64,000 nucleotides of DNA from Octopus vulgaris (lineage: Eukaryota), in contig OX597816.1 of assembly GCA_951406725.2 (NCBI GenBank), forward strand, positions 69,378,001-69,442,000, read 5' to 3'. A program made the translations under genes and the position numbers. The notes beneath the pieces are model-generated. The model saw only the letters and a list, made by a program, of their open reading frames with translations. It searched no databases and was not told the origin of the DNA. Shown one piece after another: positions 27,914 through 41,161 of this stretch; positions within the stretch are counted from its first letter, which is position 1; each line of letters starts with the position of its first letter.

Positions 27914-28195
27914 TCAGATACCAGGAAACCCCAAAATAGCAGAAATTCAAAAGATAGTGCTCATGGGAACTGCTCATATCCTACGCAAAATACTTTCTAT
28001 GTAATCTCAAGTTTTAAAACAAACAATTTTCGTATGGTTTTTTAGACAATCACTAGTACAACACTAAGTACAAAATCAAATATATGGCACCCTAGGCATA
28101 ACACCAATACGAACTTCCAACTTGTTGTCTCTTGAGGTCTTTGGGTGAGACTTGGAGCCAACTTGTGCAAATGTAAAGCAAAATTCAAACATACA
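27912..28195 (+). mobile_element. R4/Dong-type non-LTR retrotransposon 3' end in (TAA)n
   Basis: QIPGNPKIAEIQKIVLMGTAHILRKILSM* C-terminal motif plus 3' UTR, with (AAT)n on both sides. Confidence 0.75.
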
Positions 28196-28267
28196 ATAAT
28201 AATAATAACAATAACGATGATGATAATAATGATAATAATAATAATGATAATGATGATGATGATGAGG

Positions 28268-28785
28268 AGGAGTTTCCGGGAAGAAGGAATATAAGATATT
28301 GTCAAATTTAACAACCCTATGTGACTCCCGAATCGATGCCCGGTGACAATATATTGTGGTTGATAAACGAAAAAAGGAAACCAAGATTATGGATATTGCA
28401 ATACTGGAGATGAACGCATAAATTACAAAGAACTAACAAAGAATGAAAAGAAAAGACTACTAAAAGTCGAAATTGCAAGAATGAGAACTATTAGGAGAGT
28501 GTCTGTCAACCCAGTAGTGCACTCGGAGCACTAAGAACCAAGTTCGAGAAATATTTTAGAGCAATTGGGATTAACTTGACAGCAGAGCAAGCCCCCCAAA
28601 CTGCTCTGCTAGGATTTGGAGATTGTTTCTTCAATGGCGAATGTCTCCCACTATAATTTACAACCAACTAGCAAAGCTTATAATTTGTGGAAAGAGATCC
28701 TGTGAGACCTCTAACAACAGGTTGATGTTGCTCTCACTGAATCAACCACAGCAAAGAAGTCCGAGCGCTTTGAGAAGTAAAACAA
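28268..28785 (+). mobile_element. R4/Dong-type restriction-like endonuclease domain remnant
   Basis: Degenerate ...RIDAR*QYIVVDKRKKETKIMDIAI... (RPDIVV..K.....IDIA.P motif), ending in an AAT repeat. Confidence 0.6.
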
Positions 28786-28809
28786 TAATAATAAAACGAA
28801 GAATAATTT

Positions 28810-29650
28810 AGAATACACTACTCCAAATCTGATATGGAAAGCCACAAATTGAAGCTGCTGGACGCCTTATACAACTAGAATATTTTTGTACAATAACCAT
28901 TATAGGATTACATATCTAACACAGAACCAAGTCTAACTAATATAAATAATCACAAAACGAGCAAAACAAACAACTGTTTTCTCTTTTTAAGGAAGCCGAA
29001 AAATACAAGAAAGAATGCATAGTACCTGACAACTATGAAAGAAACGAGTCAATGACAGAATCTGGAAAGCAACAGAAACAAGAAGGTACCATGATAAAAC
29101 TGGAACAACATAATACCATGATAAAATGGTGGCAAGGAATGTCCTTATATGGCAAAACCCTGGATAATCTACACTGAAAAGAAAATAGATAAAGTAAAAT
29201 TCCAACAATGATTAAAAAGTTCGGGACTCGAAGCAGAAATTTAATTGCTGTCCATGATCAAAGCTTCCCCGATAGAAAAATACCAGAGAAATATAAGGAG
29301 GAAAATACAATAAGTAACTGCAGAATATATCATATCGTCTGTGGTTGCCAGTTACTCGCTAAGAAGGAATATATTCACAGATATGATTGAGTTGAGACCT
29401 ATGTTCACTGAAAGCTATGTCAACACTATGGAATGACAACAGAAAAAAATGTTATAGGCATATCATAGAAAAGGATTCAGAGTATTAAAAAGCAATCATA
29501 GCGTGGGATATGCCAATGCACACAGATAGAGAAATCGAGGATAACAGACCGGAAAAATTTGTCAGTGATCATCAAGTAAAAACGCCTTCTAATTGACGTA
29601 CCAATGTGACTATGTATCACTAAAAGAAAACGGAGAAACTCAAAATACAA
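28810..29650 (+). mobile_element. R4/Dong-type 3' ORF remnant (CCHC/RLE region)
   Basis: LIAVHDQS...CRIYHIVCGCQLLAKKEYIHRYD and WDMP.HTDREI motifs. Confidence 0.7.
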
Positions 29651-29654
29651 TGAT

Positions 29655-29822
29655 GGAGGCGTTGTGTGGCGTGTGTTTATGGTAAGAAGCTTGCTTCCCA
29701 ACCACATGGTTCCGGGTACCGTCCCACTACGTGGTATATTGGGCAGGTGTAGGTAGCTTCGGGCCGACCAAAGAGCTGAGAGTGGAATTGGGAGACGGAA
29801 ATTGAAAGAAACCTGTCGTATA
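29655..29822 (+). mobile_element. SINE (family D, 5' part)
   Basis: GGTAAGAAGCTTGCTTCCCAACCACATGGTTCCGGG matches the 58802 copy. Confidence 0.7.
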
Positions 29823-29981
29823 CATAATTATACACACTGGATCTGAAGATAACTCTCTCTTGCTCCCATTTTTCGCAGTTTCCAGTGTAGCACTTTCGCG
29901 ACCTAATCGTGTCACCACTACACGTGGTCGTTTTGGGCAAGTCTAGGACATTCTTTCGTGACAATGGCTATGGGACACTGG

Positions 29982-30137
29982 TTATTATTATTTTTATTAT
30001 TATTATTATTGTTAATTTTATTGTTGTTGTTATTATGATTATTATTATTATTGTTAACTTTATTCTTGTTGTTATTATGATTATTGTTGTTATTATTATT
30101 ATTGTTGCTATTATTATTATTATTATTGTTGCTATTG

Positions 30138-30188
<51 letters not shown>

Positions 30189-30262
30189 TTTTGATTTTTA
30201 CTTTGTACAAGTTGTCTCCAAGTCTCACACAGAGACCTCACGAGACAACAGGTTAGAAGTTC
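29982..30262 (-). repeat. (AAT/AAC)n tract with abutting Dong-type 3' UTR fragment
   Basis: 30188-30262 is the reverse complement of the 28110-28185 3' UTR and runs into the (AAT)n tract. Confidence 0.65.
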
Positions 30263-31575
30263 ATTCAGCCTTCCATCAGTTCGTATACTACTAATAAGCC
30301 CCGATACATATACTCTCCTCTTGTCTGCTCTCTTCATTACCACTCCTGTGGGCAGTTTCAAACCATTCACTTGTCGAACATAACCTCTCTTAGGAGCCAA
30401 CACGCTATACTTTTGCAGCCCTCTTTTCATTCTGTTGTTTGCAGTAAAGCAATGCACTGTTTGAATAAGTAAATTTATCTGGTTTTTTCATCTCTCCCAT
30501 AACGTTTGAGATAATCTTTAAAAAGGAGATTATAAATCGTATCTTTTTTTTAAACTCATACCAAGCTATCGTGTTTGTTAAAATCAAAGTCAAAGTTATC
30601 ATGTACAATACTAAAAGCAATGGCAAAAAAAAAAAACTATCTCTTTGAAAGATTCAGTTTATTGTTGACAAAGCCTAAGCTTTCTCTCTCTGATATCAGT
30701 TCAGTGGTCCACCTATTCACATTTCGGTTTCTCTATATTGTGTAAAATGCCAAATATTTTCGAGCAATCGATAATCCGCGAACAGGAACCATATAGTATT
30801 GTTTCCGTCAGTCTATCTACGCTATTCCTAACATCGTTGTGCCCTTTTTGCAGTCTTTCAGCAATGTTTAATCTATCAATAGTTGATATTTGGTTGTTCC
30901 TTTACATTCGTGTTTGCGCTCTTTTTGCTCTTCCGATAAGATGTTATTGAGATCCATGAACACGTGCATTTCATCTGCTAATACTTCGAGTAAGAGCTTT
31001 CACACGATGTACAGGCAGGATATTGACCTGAATTTCCTAACACAATTTCACATTGACGCTTCTTCCTTGAACAACAATACTCTGCCTCTGGTCAACTAAT
31101 CTGAGATTTCTGTAAGGTCTTCATTATGTTGCAGCATTTTGCCCGTCTTTCAAATTCCACCGAGGTTGACTTTGCCTTTCATCCATTCGAGGTCGATAAA
31201 AGGTGTACCAGTCGAGTACTGGTGTCGAAGTACTCGACTATCGCCCTCCTTCTAAATTTCAGTCCTTCATAGGAAGGAATGGCCAATCGGTAAGGGCATC
31301 GCGCTCACGATCGCCAGATCGTGGTTTCACTACACAGACTGGGTGGTGCGTTGTATTCTTGAGCAAAGCACTTCATCTCACTTCGACACCTGAGGTGTGG
31401 TAGGCCGTGTATCTGTTCAGGCAGCGTCAATTTCATGAAGGAAGTGATCTAATGTACGGCGCATACATTTTAGTCACTATAAACAAATCATTTGTGCAAG
31501 CCGTTCGGCAGCGGCTGTACAATCATGCCTCGTCTTCCATTATCATCCATTATCATCCATTATTATTATTATTAT

Positions 31576-32190
31576 CCACTGAGAGAGCAGTGCATACCAT
31601 CAAATAGATACTGGGGTAAAATATACGAAGCCTTGTATACCTATCATGACTACACTTCAGGTAAAGGTACGCCGGGCACATGCATCACAACCATATATGC
31701 GTGACAATATGATCTCATATCAAGATAATAGCGCATAACATTGCAGGTGGGGCCAAGTTAGATTTTCTTCATGTTGAGTAGCCCATCACAATCAAATGGC
31801 CCCTGAATAAGGGTTGTTTAAGTATATTGAACAAAACACCCAACTTTCCAAAGGTGAATTATCTAAACCCCAAAGAATTCCTCTCAACACATGGTTGTGA
31901 TGCTCCCCCACTACCTCTGCTCATGATCAGAGATGCACATATCCCCAGCCACTAAGGGACAAGGTCAAACAACTGATAAGCAAATCTGTGGTATTAAGCA
32001 GAATATTTGCTGTAGCCCATCTTTTGTACCATGACAAAACGATGTACATAATAACACTTCCAATCAGTTAAGATCAGAATCCATGAATGCCAGTGCCTGG
32101 TACACAATCAGGCCATATCTAGTGCCTCGTATTGCAGCAGAGCATGGCCAGTGAATGGTACTGCATCAGATCATAGCCAGTTTCTGGTAC
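31576..32190. mobile_element. Non-coding repeat inserted in (TTA)n, possibly Dong-dependent
   Basis: Flanked by (TTA)n on both sides, no ORF, and ends in about four 29-bp tandem units (32081-32190). Confidence 0.45.
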
Positions 32191-32223
<33 letters not shown>

Positions 32224-32227
<4 letters not shown>

Positions 32228-32400
32228 TAGTTTTATTTTTATAGCGTGCTTTCACTTCACTACCGAGTGCAGCTCTGTGTGCCTTGGGTATGTGCTGTGA
32301 TTTGTTGTGATGCTCTAATGGTTACTATATTGAAAGTGTTCTGCGTAGGATGTGTACAGTGCCTAGTAGTGCAATTTTCTGTATATGTGTTTGTAAGTCC
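32224..32400 (-). mobile_element. R4/Dong-type 3' end
   Basis: LQTHIQKIALLGTVHILRRTLSI* plus 3' UTR between (TTA)n tracts. Confidence 0.75.
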
Positions 32401-33779
32401 TTATTATTATTATTATTATCATTATTGTTGTTGTTGTTGTCGTCGTCCTCGTCGTCGTCGTCATCATCAACATTAACTTTTTCAAGAGAACGAATCATAG
32501 GAGAATGCATTTTAGGGTGATGTTAAAGATGATGACAACAAGGAGACGAAGGAAAATGAGAGCAAAGAAAATGATAGTATATATGAAAGTGCTGCAGTGG
32601 TTAAGGATGGTGCTGGTGATAGTACTAAGTTAGAATGATAGATGGAAGAAGAAAAGGACAACACAATGGAAAAGAGAGACAAGAATGAAATCTACGAGAA
32701 TAAAAAAAAAATCAACAAATTGGTTTTATTTTAGTTGTGATCATTTTTTCAAAAATAGATGTGTACTTGGGGAATATCTATCAGAACGGCTAGAAAGAAA
32801 TGGCAATGACATGTTTAAACACAGGAATAAAAATCAAAACAGAGATGGTGCCTCGAATGAAATGTTAAGTTATTGTCATGTACATTGGAATGCACTTACA
32901 CACACACACACGCACACACATACTTATATATTTATACATACATACACTCTTCTGTGTGTGTGTGTGTAAGTTTGTGTATGTGTACGTATGTATGTACGCA
33001 TTTGTGTATGGGTTCCTTCTTGATTATGTGTATATTATGGGATTATTTACAAGAAAAGTTTCTATTCTCTTCCGTTTTCTATCTGTGATTTTTTTTATTT
33101 AAGATTCAATTCACCGTTCTTTCCCAAATGGTGCTTTTCGTTTGTCATATATTTTACTCCTTGGACATAGTGTAACTCATTTCACAGTGTTACATTTATT
33201 TAAAAGAGAGAATTAGCATAGTATATCTGGTGGAGTTATGACTAGGAATTGGACAAATGAGTTCAAGTTTAAAGAAATTTCATATAAGAGCCGCCTGTTT
33301 TGTCTTCATGATACGATACCATATCATTGCTTGCTGCTGTTATAAAGATATCTTCAGAGATAATTAAACTGAATGAAAGTTTTTGTGATGTGGATATTTA
33401 CATCTTCAAATATTCGCTTTAGCATGGATAGAAATGTAATAGATACTTGGCCACAAGACAATGTGATGACGAGTAAATAAAAACAGCGTGGGATAGAAAC
33501 GTCTTTTCAAAGAAAGTTTTAGACCTTAAGAAGGTTGATGCGCTCTTATAAAAATAGAAAATTTTGGGAAAGAAACAATTCAGCAATGCACCAGAACTAT
33601 TTTTGTTTGTGAATGCGCGTGACTTAGTGACTATGGTAATCGGTTCACGATCGTAAGGTCGTGAGTTTCATTGCCGGTGGAAGAAGACACTTTATTTCTC
33701 GCTATCCTAATCCATTCAACTAGCAAAAATAAATTGTACCTTTAATTCAAAGGGCGGCCTTGTCAAATTATATATACAT

Positions 33780-33811
<32 letters not shown>

Positions 33812-34000
33812 GTGCGCAATGGCCTAATGGTTAGGCCTAGAGGCTCCGGCAGGGGGTGGTGATCCCTACTGTACTCTTTCACCACTCTTTCTTCTGTTGG
33901 CCTGCTCGCTTAGCCAGCGGGGTGGCGTCATTCGAAGGCTAAAACAATGCGAACGCATTGTGACCAGCGATGTGTAACAACATCTGATGGTCTGGTCGGT

Positions 34001-34007
<7 letters not shown>
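33812..34007 (+). mobile_element. Internally deleted SINE (family A)
   Basis: Body matches 61570-61758. Confidence 0.7.
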
Positions 34008-34049
<42 letters not shown>

Positions 34050-35050
34050 TATTAATTGACTTCAGTTTGTCAGTAATATGTCGTATAAAGCCATAAATAT
34101 TTCTAGAAATGACTGTTTATTTCTGCGAATGGTTGTTTATGCGATTGCTTTTTTTTTGTTTTTTTTTCTTGAATTACTGGTCACTTGTGATTCGGGCAAA
34201 ATAGAAGGAAAACTAAAAGCTCACTATCGTTTTGTTGATATTTCACTCTGAAGTTGCGAACAATCAACTTACTATTTCATTCGACTACCCAATCAAGAGA
34301 AACGAATAGTGTATAAATTTGTGACTATTGTTGCAGAGCATGAAATAAGTTTTTGGTATGTCTTAATAAGAATCTAGTTTATGTCTTTGTCGATGTGACT
34401 TCTCTTCCCTCTTATAATTCACTACGGGAAATAAATAAATCATGAAAACCTTTCATGGCTAATCTCTCTCTCACACACACCGACACACAAATACACCGTG
34501 TTAAATCAACAAAATCATGTGATATGATGCTAAGAATATATGGCACCTTCTTTCGTGTGTCTCGTAGCAAAGTTGATACTAAATTTAAACACAAAATAAA
34601 TTTAAATGACTGGTGGAGAATGTACATTATCATCCATGCGGCCAAAAGTTCGCTTGTTCGTACACTGTCGACGTTTTATTATCTGAGTCAATAATCAAAA
34701 TGTTATTATGACGTAATCTAAGTAACGTCTAACGGCGAACTGGCAGTATTGTTAGTACGTTGAACAGAATAATTAGCAGTGTTTTGTCTGTCTTCAAGCT
34801 CTGAAGTTCACATGCTGCCGATGTCGACTTAGCCTTTCATCAGATTTCCATGCACGTAAGGTCTATAAAATAACTACCAGTCAAGTATTGGGGTCGACGA
34901 TATCGAATTACGCTTTCTCCTAAAATTGATGGCCTTGAGCCAAAATTTGAAACCATTAATCTACAGGGAGTATAAAATTTCCCTACTTGCAATACAAGAG
35001 AAGGCAATCGAATATCTATCTATCTATCTATCTATCTGTCTATCTGTCTG

Positions 35051-35081
<31 letters not shown>

Positions 35082-38000
35082 GTCTGTCTGTCTATCTATC
35101 TGTCTATCTATCTATCTATCTATCTATCATGTGTGTGCTTTGTGATGTTGGTGATCCTTTCAGGGATTCACTCCACTCGACTATACACTATTAGCAGTAA
35201 AATATAATGAAAACAGTCTTCAAATTTTACAATGCTGCCAGCTGCCAGCGTTTACATATATGATATGCAACTTAACAGGCTGCGTCCTTTATACAGTGTT
35301 CTGCCGTTGACGGGGCTTCATAAAAAGTCTTTCAGCAGGTAACCCCTATTCAGTTTCCTTTTCTTATTCTGCAGCTTAGTATTCGTCATAATAAATTTAT
35401 TCTATATTTGCTAGAATAAAACGGCCTATCCATGCTTGACTGCTGCTTATAGCATTCCAATCAATTTTGTCAAGAATATATAAGAAAGTCGATGAGAATA
35501 AATATATTATATACTGATAGTTTGACAGTAAGAGGAATATCTATAAATTAGAATCTAGAAGGAACAGACAAAACTGACAAAACTGTCAAATCTGTTAGAA
35601 TAAAATAGGTAGAGACATGTAAACTCTTAGTAGAAGACGAACATTATTCAAGGTATATCAATGAACGAAAGATAGAATAAAATTAAGATTAAAAGGTAGT
35701 AAGGAAATTCGAAGATCAAGATGATGTTTATTGAAAACATGAAATAAGATGATTTCAAAGTGAAGTGAAAGCAACGATAATTATTGTTTCTGCAAAGAGA
35801 AGAGATTATATTAAATATACAATGAAATATTCAATGTGTTAGCTTGTGTGAACTTCCTTGCTTGGCATTAAGTAGTCGTAGCTTCTAAAGAAAGCACGTT
35901 ATCTAAGTGAATGTTCAAACATTATGATACCTATTTAAACAAACGGATTTATTAATAGGTCGTAGGACATTTTAGTGTTAAGACGTAGTGCTCTAGAATG
36001 TTTGTGTTCGTATCAACTTTAGCGTAGCATAGAAGAGATCTGTAATTCTCATGTCATTCTTTGTAGAATGTAACTGAAAAGAAAGGTGAGTAACTGAATA
36101 GAAATGAAGAAAATTATGGACCCAAAGTAGGAAACAAAAAAAATTGGAATATATCTTTATGTATTCAATTAAATATGTGAAGCTTACAAGTTGTAGTAAT
36201 TCTGTGCGGTAATAGATTTATATTGTTCGTATATTGAGATTAATAAAACGCTATGCCCCCTCCATATTTAAATGCGTATTATTTTACTGTTAACAGGTGG
36301 ATATGATTTCTACGTTAATGGATGTTTTCAATGTCTCTCTTCATGCAAAACCCCGTAATTTTTCTGTGAAGTGTCTAGTTTCCCTAAAGATGACATATGT
36401 GAGTCAAAATTCAAGGAGAGATAAAAGATGATAAAAAAAAAGGTCTATTCATTTTTACCATGATATCATTTTCATCTAAAAGACTACCTTCATGTGGTGG
36501 TGCATTCGTTTACTGATTACGAGACGGAGACGATAATATTTCTCTTGGCCATTTATATAATTATTCCCGCGTTTAAAGAGTAATGTACAGGAGTGACACC
36601 CGCCACTCATGGTAATACAGAACATGACCAAAGTGCCGTTGTCTGCTGACTAAATATATATTCATATAAACGGGGGCGCTATATGAATCATACCTGGCTA
36701 CAAACTGTAGCAATTTCTTATACTACAAGAACATCCAAACCATCAGATGCATGTACATCTGAGAAGAAAACACTCATCATCATCATCATCATAACCTATT
36801 TTGATTTTGTAACTGAAAATTGGACTCATGTTCCAATGACATCGTACAATAATTTTGTTCCTTTAATAGATCCAGATCGATAAAATAAGATTCATAATAT
36901 TTTTGTAAAGAAAATCAATCGACCGTACCCAGTCGTTTACACACACACACACAAACACACAAATTCAAACCCTGATAAAATGCCTATATAAAACGAAAGC
37001 AATATTAAACTTTAAATTACTTTTGTATTTGTTGAGTAATTTATGTTGCTGAGCTGGCAGGCTTATGAAGAAAAACAAAATCTAATTCCAAAGTGCATTG
37101 ATATTACTTGAAATGACTTGTCTGCGTTTGTGCAATATATTTCTGATAACACTATTAATCATATATTAATAAACGGAATCAATAAAATGTCACACAAGAC
37201 TTGATCATTCACCAGGTTAATGAGCCGAACAATAGTGAAGAATATTACCGTGTGCTGGAAAATAATGAGTTTGTAATAAATCACGTCGTAAACCGATTCA
37301 TTAACGAAACTGTAGTTAAGGAGACATTGATTTTAGAACTACAGCATATGTACAACAGATTTTAAATGCCCTGACTACAAGACTATTAATGGATAACCTT
37401 TTCCTTTATAACGTTGGAAACAGTAGACATGTCCGCTACGTTTATCTCTCTGAAAACGGGAGTTATTATATAGAACGTGTTTTATATGAATCTGCCAATG
37501 TCATTATAGAACATTGGATTTGAACCAATGAGTGTCCTGTTGGAAATATCTGTTGCCAAGCTCTAATTTATATTCCGAGTTGGGTTGTGGTTAAACACCT
37601 GAATAAACATTATTTACAGTAATAAACGCGCACACATCCTTCATGCAAGAGATATTCGTCCTCCACGGAGCTGATATGAAATTTAAGTGAAAAGGACATT
37701 TAGCTAACAACAATCTTGCCACAGTATTCATTACGGTGTGACAGATTTTTGAACTGCTATCACGGAAATTATCAGAAGAATGCCATTAATTTTGGTAAGG
37801 TAGATCTTTAGATTTGGGACGTGCACATGTGTGATATTTGTTTGCCTCACAGTTCATGCCAAACGAAATCGTTCTTCCAATCAGGCTCAGAGTTAAATAT
37901 TTATTAGTTGTCATTGATTATATTCGTAATTATGTTTGAATAAGTATTAATATTTATTAGTAATGGGACTCAAAGCTATACATGTATTTGAAGAGTATAA

Positions 38001-38246
38001 TCAACTAGATGAAACTCAGTAGACAAATTGTGCATTAAGTTATAGATGCAGGGAAGTTACAAAGTAAATTTACCTCGGAAGAATTCAGAATTAGAAAGGA
38101 AAGAGAATAGTTATACACTGTGAGATAGTTTGTCTATCACACCATTAAATTTGCCAACTCTCAATTCACTCCATGCTGCCCTTTAGGATCCTGTTGATTT
38201 TAATAATACTTCATTCTTAGATGGTAGATTTTCCATTAGTTACAAA

Positions 38247-38342
38247 TTATGACGTCTGCCAAGGAAGGAGGTTATGTTTTCATCGGCGTTGGTTTGTCTG
38301 TCTCTCCGTCTGTGTGCAAAATAACTCAAAAAGTTGTAAACT
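38247..38342 (+). mobile_element. DINE-1/HINE-like (Helentron-type) element 5' fragment
   Basis: TCTGCCAAGG..GGAGGTTATGTTTTCATCGGCGTTGGTTTGTCTGTC...ATAACTCAAAAAGTT: short stem followed by a TCTG-type microsatellite. Confidence 0.4.
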
Positions 38343-39339
38343 TTTTGTTCGGTCAAATTTATGTAGATGTCCCTGACGAGAATCTAATATGATTCAGCAT
38401 CAATTCTTTAAACGGTGGTGCATTAGCATGGCTAATTCACAACTCCACTATGTAGTATGTGATCCCACCTACAATGTGAGCTCCTAATGGGTGACAATGG
38501 CCTAAGTGATGATAATGTGAAAAAAAACACGAAATGGGAAGTATAGACCTTCGTGTGCAGTAGAAAATCTCGGGAAGAGATTGCACATCAGGCGAGGAAT
38601 CCAGCCAGTAGGACAACCAACCAATGGATGCAGTCAATGATATCAGTATCTGTGGCTACAACCCCGGCATAACTAAGGTAAGAGTACTCAATCGATGGTC
38701 TCATTTCCCAACAATTACTAACACTCTGTACAGTGAAGTAGCTGAGTAAGAAGCAGTGTTCGGCTGTGATTCAATTTTGCCCTTGTGTAGGTGTATATAA
38801 CATCTAGTTCAAATGTCTTTAGATAGCACAGTGTTTACGTTGGTACGAGCAAAAGTATTTCCTTGTAAAACGATCATGATACGAGACAAAATGATATAGT
38901 TACGCGTATTGCTGAAATGTAAAAAAAAATGTTTCCCTAGACTGGCTTTACTCAGAGAGTCAGATCAGCTGTCATCATATAACAGAAAATATAGCTCTAA
39001 GCTTGCGGTTTCAAAAGTCTTAACGTTGTAAATATAATATGACATATCATAAAATATATTATTATTTCTATAGTCAACTCGGAAATAACTATTTTTGTCA
39101 GGCAACAGAAAATCTTTAATATGGAGCTTAATTCTATTTCTAGCCATGTCAATATGACTACTGTCTAATTCCTCTCAAGTCGTTAACCTCCAAAGAGAAT
39201 TCGGTTTCGTATTGCAAAAATGATATTTAGTTGTGTAGTTATAGTGGAGGTGGGGCCGTAGAAGACAATGCTAGTTACAGTTCTTTATGTTTTCATTTCA
39301 AATCCTTTGTGAGTTGTCTTTGTATTTAATTACCTATTT

Positions 39340-39461
39340 TTTTTGTAAGCCTAGTGCTTATTCTGTCGGTCGCTTTTTTGCGAAATCATTACTTTACGCA
39401 GATGTAAACACACCAACATTGGCTGTCAGGTGATGATGGGTGGACAATAACATACACACTA

Positions 39462-39535
<74 letters not shown>

Positions 39536-39640
39536 ATCATATATATATATATATACGACGGGCTTCTTTCAGTTTCCGTCTACCAAATACACTCACATGT
39601 CTTTGGTTGGCCCGAGGCTATGGTAGAAGACATTTCTCCA
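39340..39640 (-). mobile_element. SINE (family D) fragment
   Basis: CGACGGGCTTCTTTCAGTTTCCGTCTACCAAAT is the reverse complement of the family D body. Confidence 0.7.
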
Positions 39641-40521
39641 AGCAATAGAATTGACACTTAACGAAAGAATGAAACTCATCAACGGTTGGTAAGTGCCTGC
39701 GTGCGAAAATCTCAGCATTTGAGTTACTCTGTGCTTGTGATTAATATTAATATATATGTATGTATGTGTGTATCAGTGTGTATGTAGCAGATGCTAAAGA
39801 ATGTTTCTGCCTGATTGCGGCAGAAATGAGACTATTAACGTGCAAAGTACACAGAAATGGACTATCGCTTTTTGCAGAAAATATTTTACTCCTTCTTCAC
39901 ATGTCAGTGGAGAAATTTTTAAGCTAATCAGCCGCTTTATGAAACCTGCTGATTCGTGGTTCGTGATCTATTGAAATAGTTCTCCATACTGATAAGGAAA
40001 TATCATAAAAACTCAGAAATTTACTAAATAAGCTTAAATATTCTGTTATATAATAAAAAGTGAAAAAAAAAATGAATAAAGTATAGCAAAGCAAATGAAT
40101 GCTTGATACATTAAAAAAAAAACATAAAAATGTTTGTATAAAGATTTTAGCGTAATTTATACTTTTGAAATAGTATTCACAGTTTAACATGCTTAGTGTC
40201 CTTTAGGCAAAGATTTTGCTAATGATATGTATAGTTTATACAGCATAAAATGAAAATAATCAAAAGGTATGATTGAAATGTAGTTAATTATATACCATTG
40301 TGTTGGTTTATGCTAAGCTCATAATAGGAACACTGACGCCTCCTGATATTTTTATGAAGCTGCCTTCTACGATCAAATAACTTCGGGCCCACACACGAAG
40401 CTCATGCACATACGTATACACAGAAACATGCATACATTATTACCAGATAAATCACACATATTCTGTAGAACATGGCACATCTACACACAAGCATCCACAT
40501 TTGCATATAAGTAAATATATA

Positions 40522-40579
<58 letters not shown>

Positions 40580-40580
40580 G

Positions 40581-40611
<31 letters not shown>

Positions 40612-40689
40612 ATGTATATATATATATATATGTATGCGGTTTCTATATCTCTTTTCCCCTATCAGACTATCTCTGTCTGTATATATATT

Positions 40690-41102
40690 CTACGAAATTT
40701 TTTGCCACCCTATATTGATTAATTATGAATTTTCTGGTTAATTCCGTAATGGAATCGGCGGCTTATATTTGCTGCCGATAAATTTGGCGCGAGTGCGATG
40801 ATTTGAAAATTTTAGGTCAGATATTGCCGAGGCAGGGATTGAAGTGCCTCGTGAAAATATCTGCTCCGATCTGGCTGTTTCTTACTGACGAATCTATCGG
40901 CCTATGGAAGATTGGCTTGATTTAATTTAATCAGGTTAGTTTACCATTAAACAATAGATGAAACGGTGCATCGTATAAGAAATTACAGGGTAAATGTTTT
41001 TTTAATTTTCTCCTGGTTTGCGGAATTAATGTTGTTTTGCGGTTTGAAGCTTTGGCTGTTATTTCTAGTGGGTGAATGGCCTATTATGGCCGTTCCTTGA
41101 TT

Positions 41103-41105
<3 letters not shown>
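40690..41105 (+). mobile_element. Structured non-coding (TA)n-flanked element with hammerhead ribozyme (Penelope pLTR/retrozyme-like)
   Basis: Hairpins at ~40755-40779 and ~40819-40862 precede a complete hammerhead motif. The element ends at (TA)n. Confidence 0.65.
40878..40982 (+). ncRNA. Type I hammerhead ribozyme, canonical core, extended stem II
   Basis: TTTCTTA-CTGACGA-ATCTAT...ATAGAT-GAAA-CGGTGCATCG-TA/TAAGAAA: 7-bp stem I, long stem II and near-palindromic stem III. Predicted cleavage after A40975. Confidence 0.85.

Positions 41106-41161
<56 letters not shown>

Noticed and set aside
30265-31130. Possible RTE-type LINE remnant on the minus strand (ETILYGS-like peptide); similar hint at 46550-46800
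   Set aside because: Too decayed to call without a profile search.
38373-38400. CTGACGA followed by a perfect GAATC/GATTC hairpin
   Set aside because: No GAAA, stem III or cleavage triplet follows.
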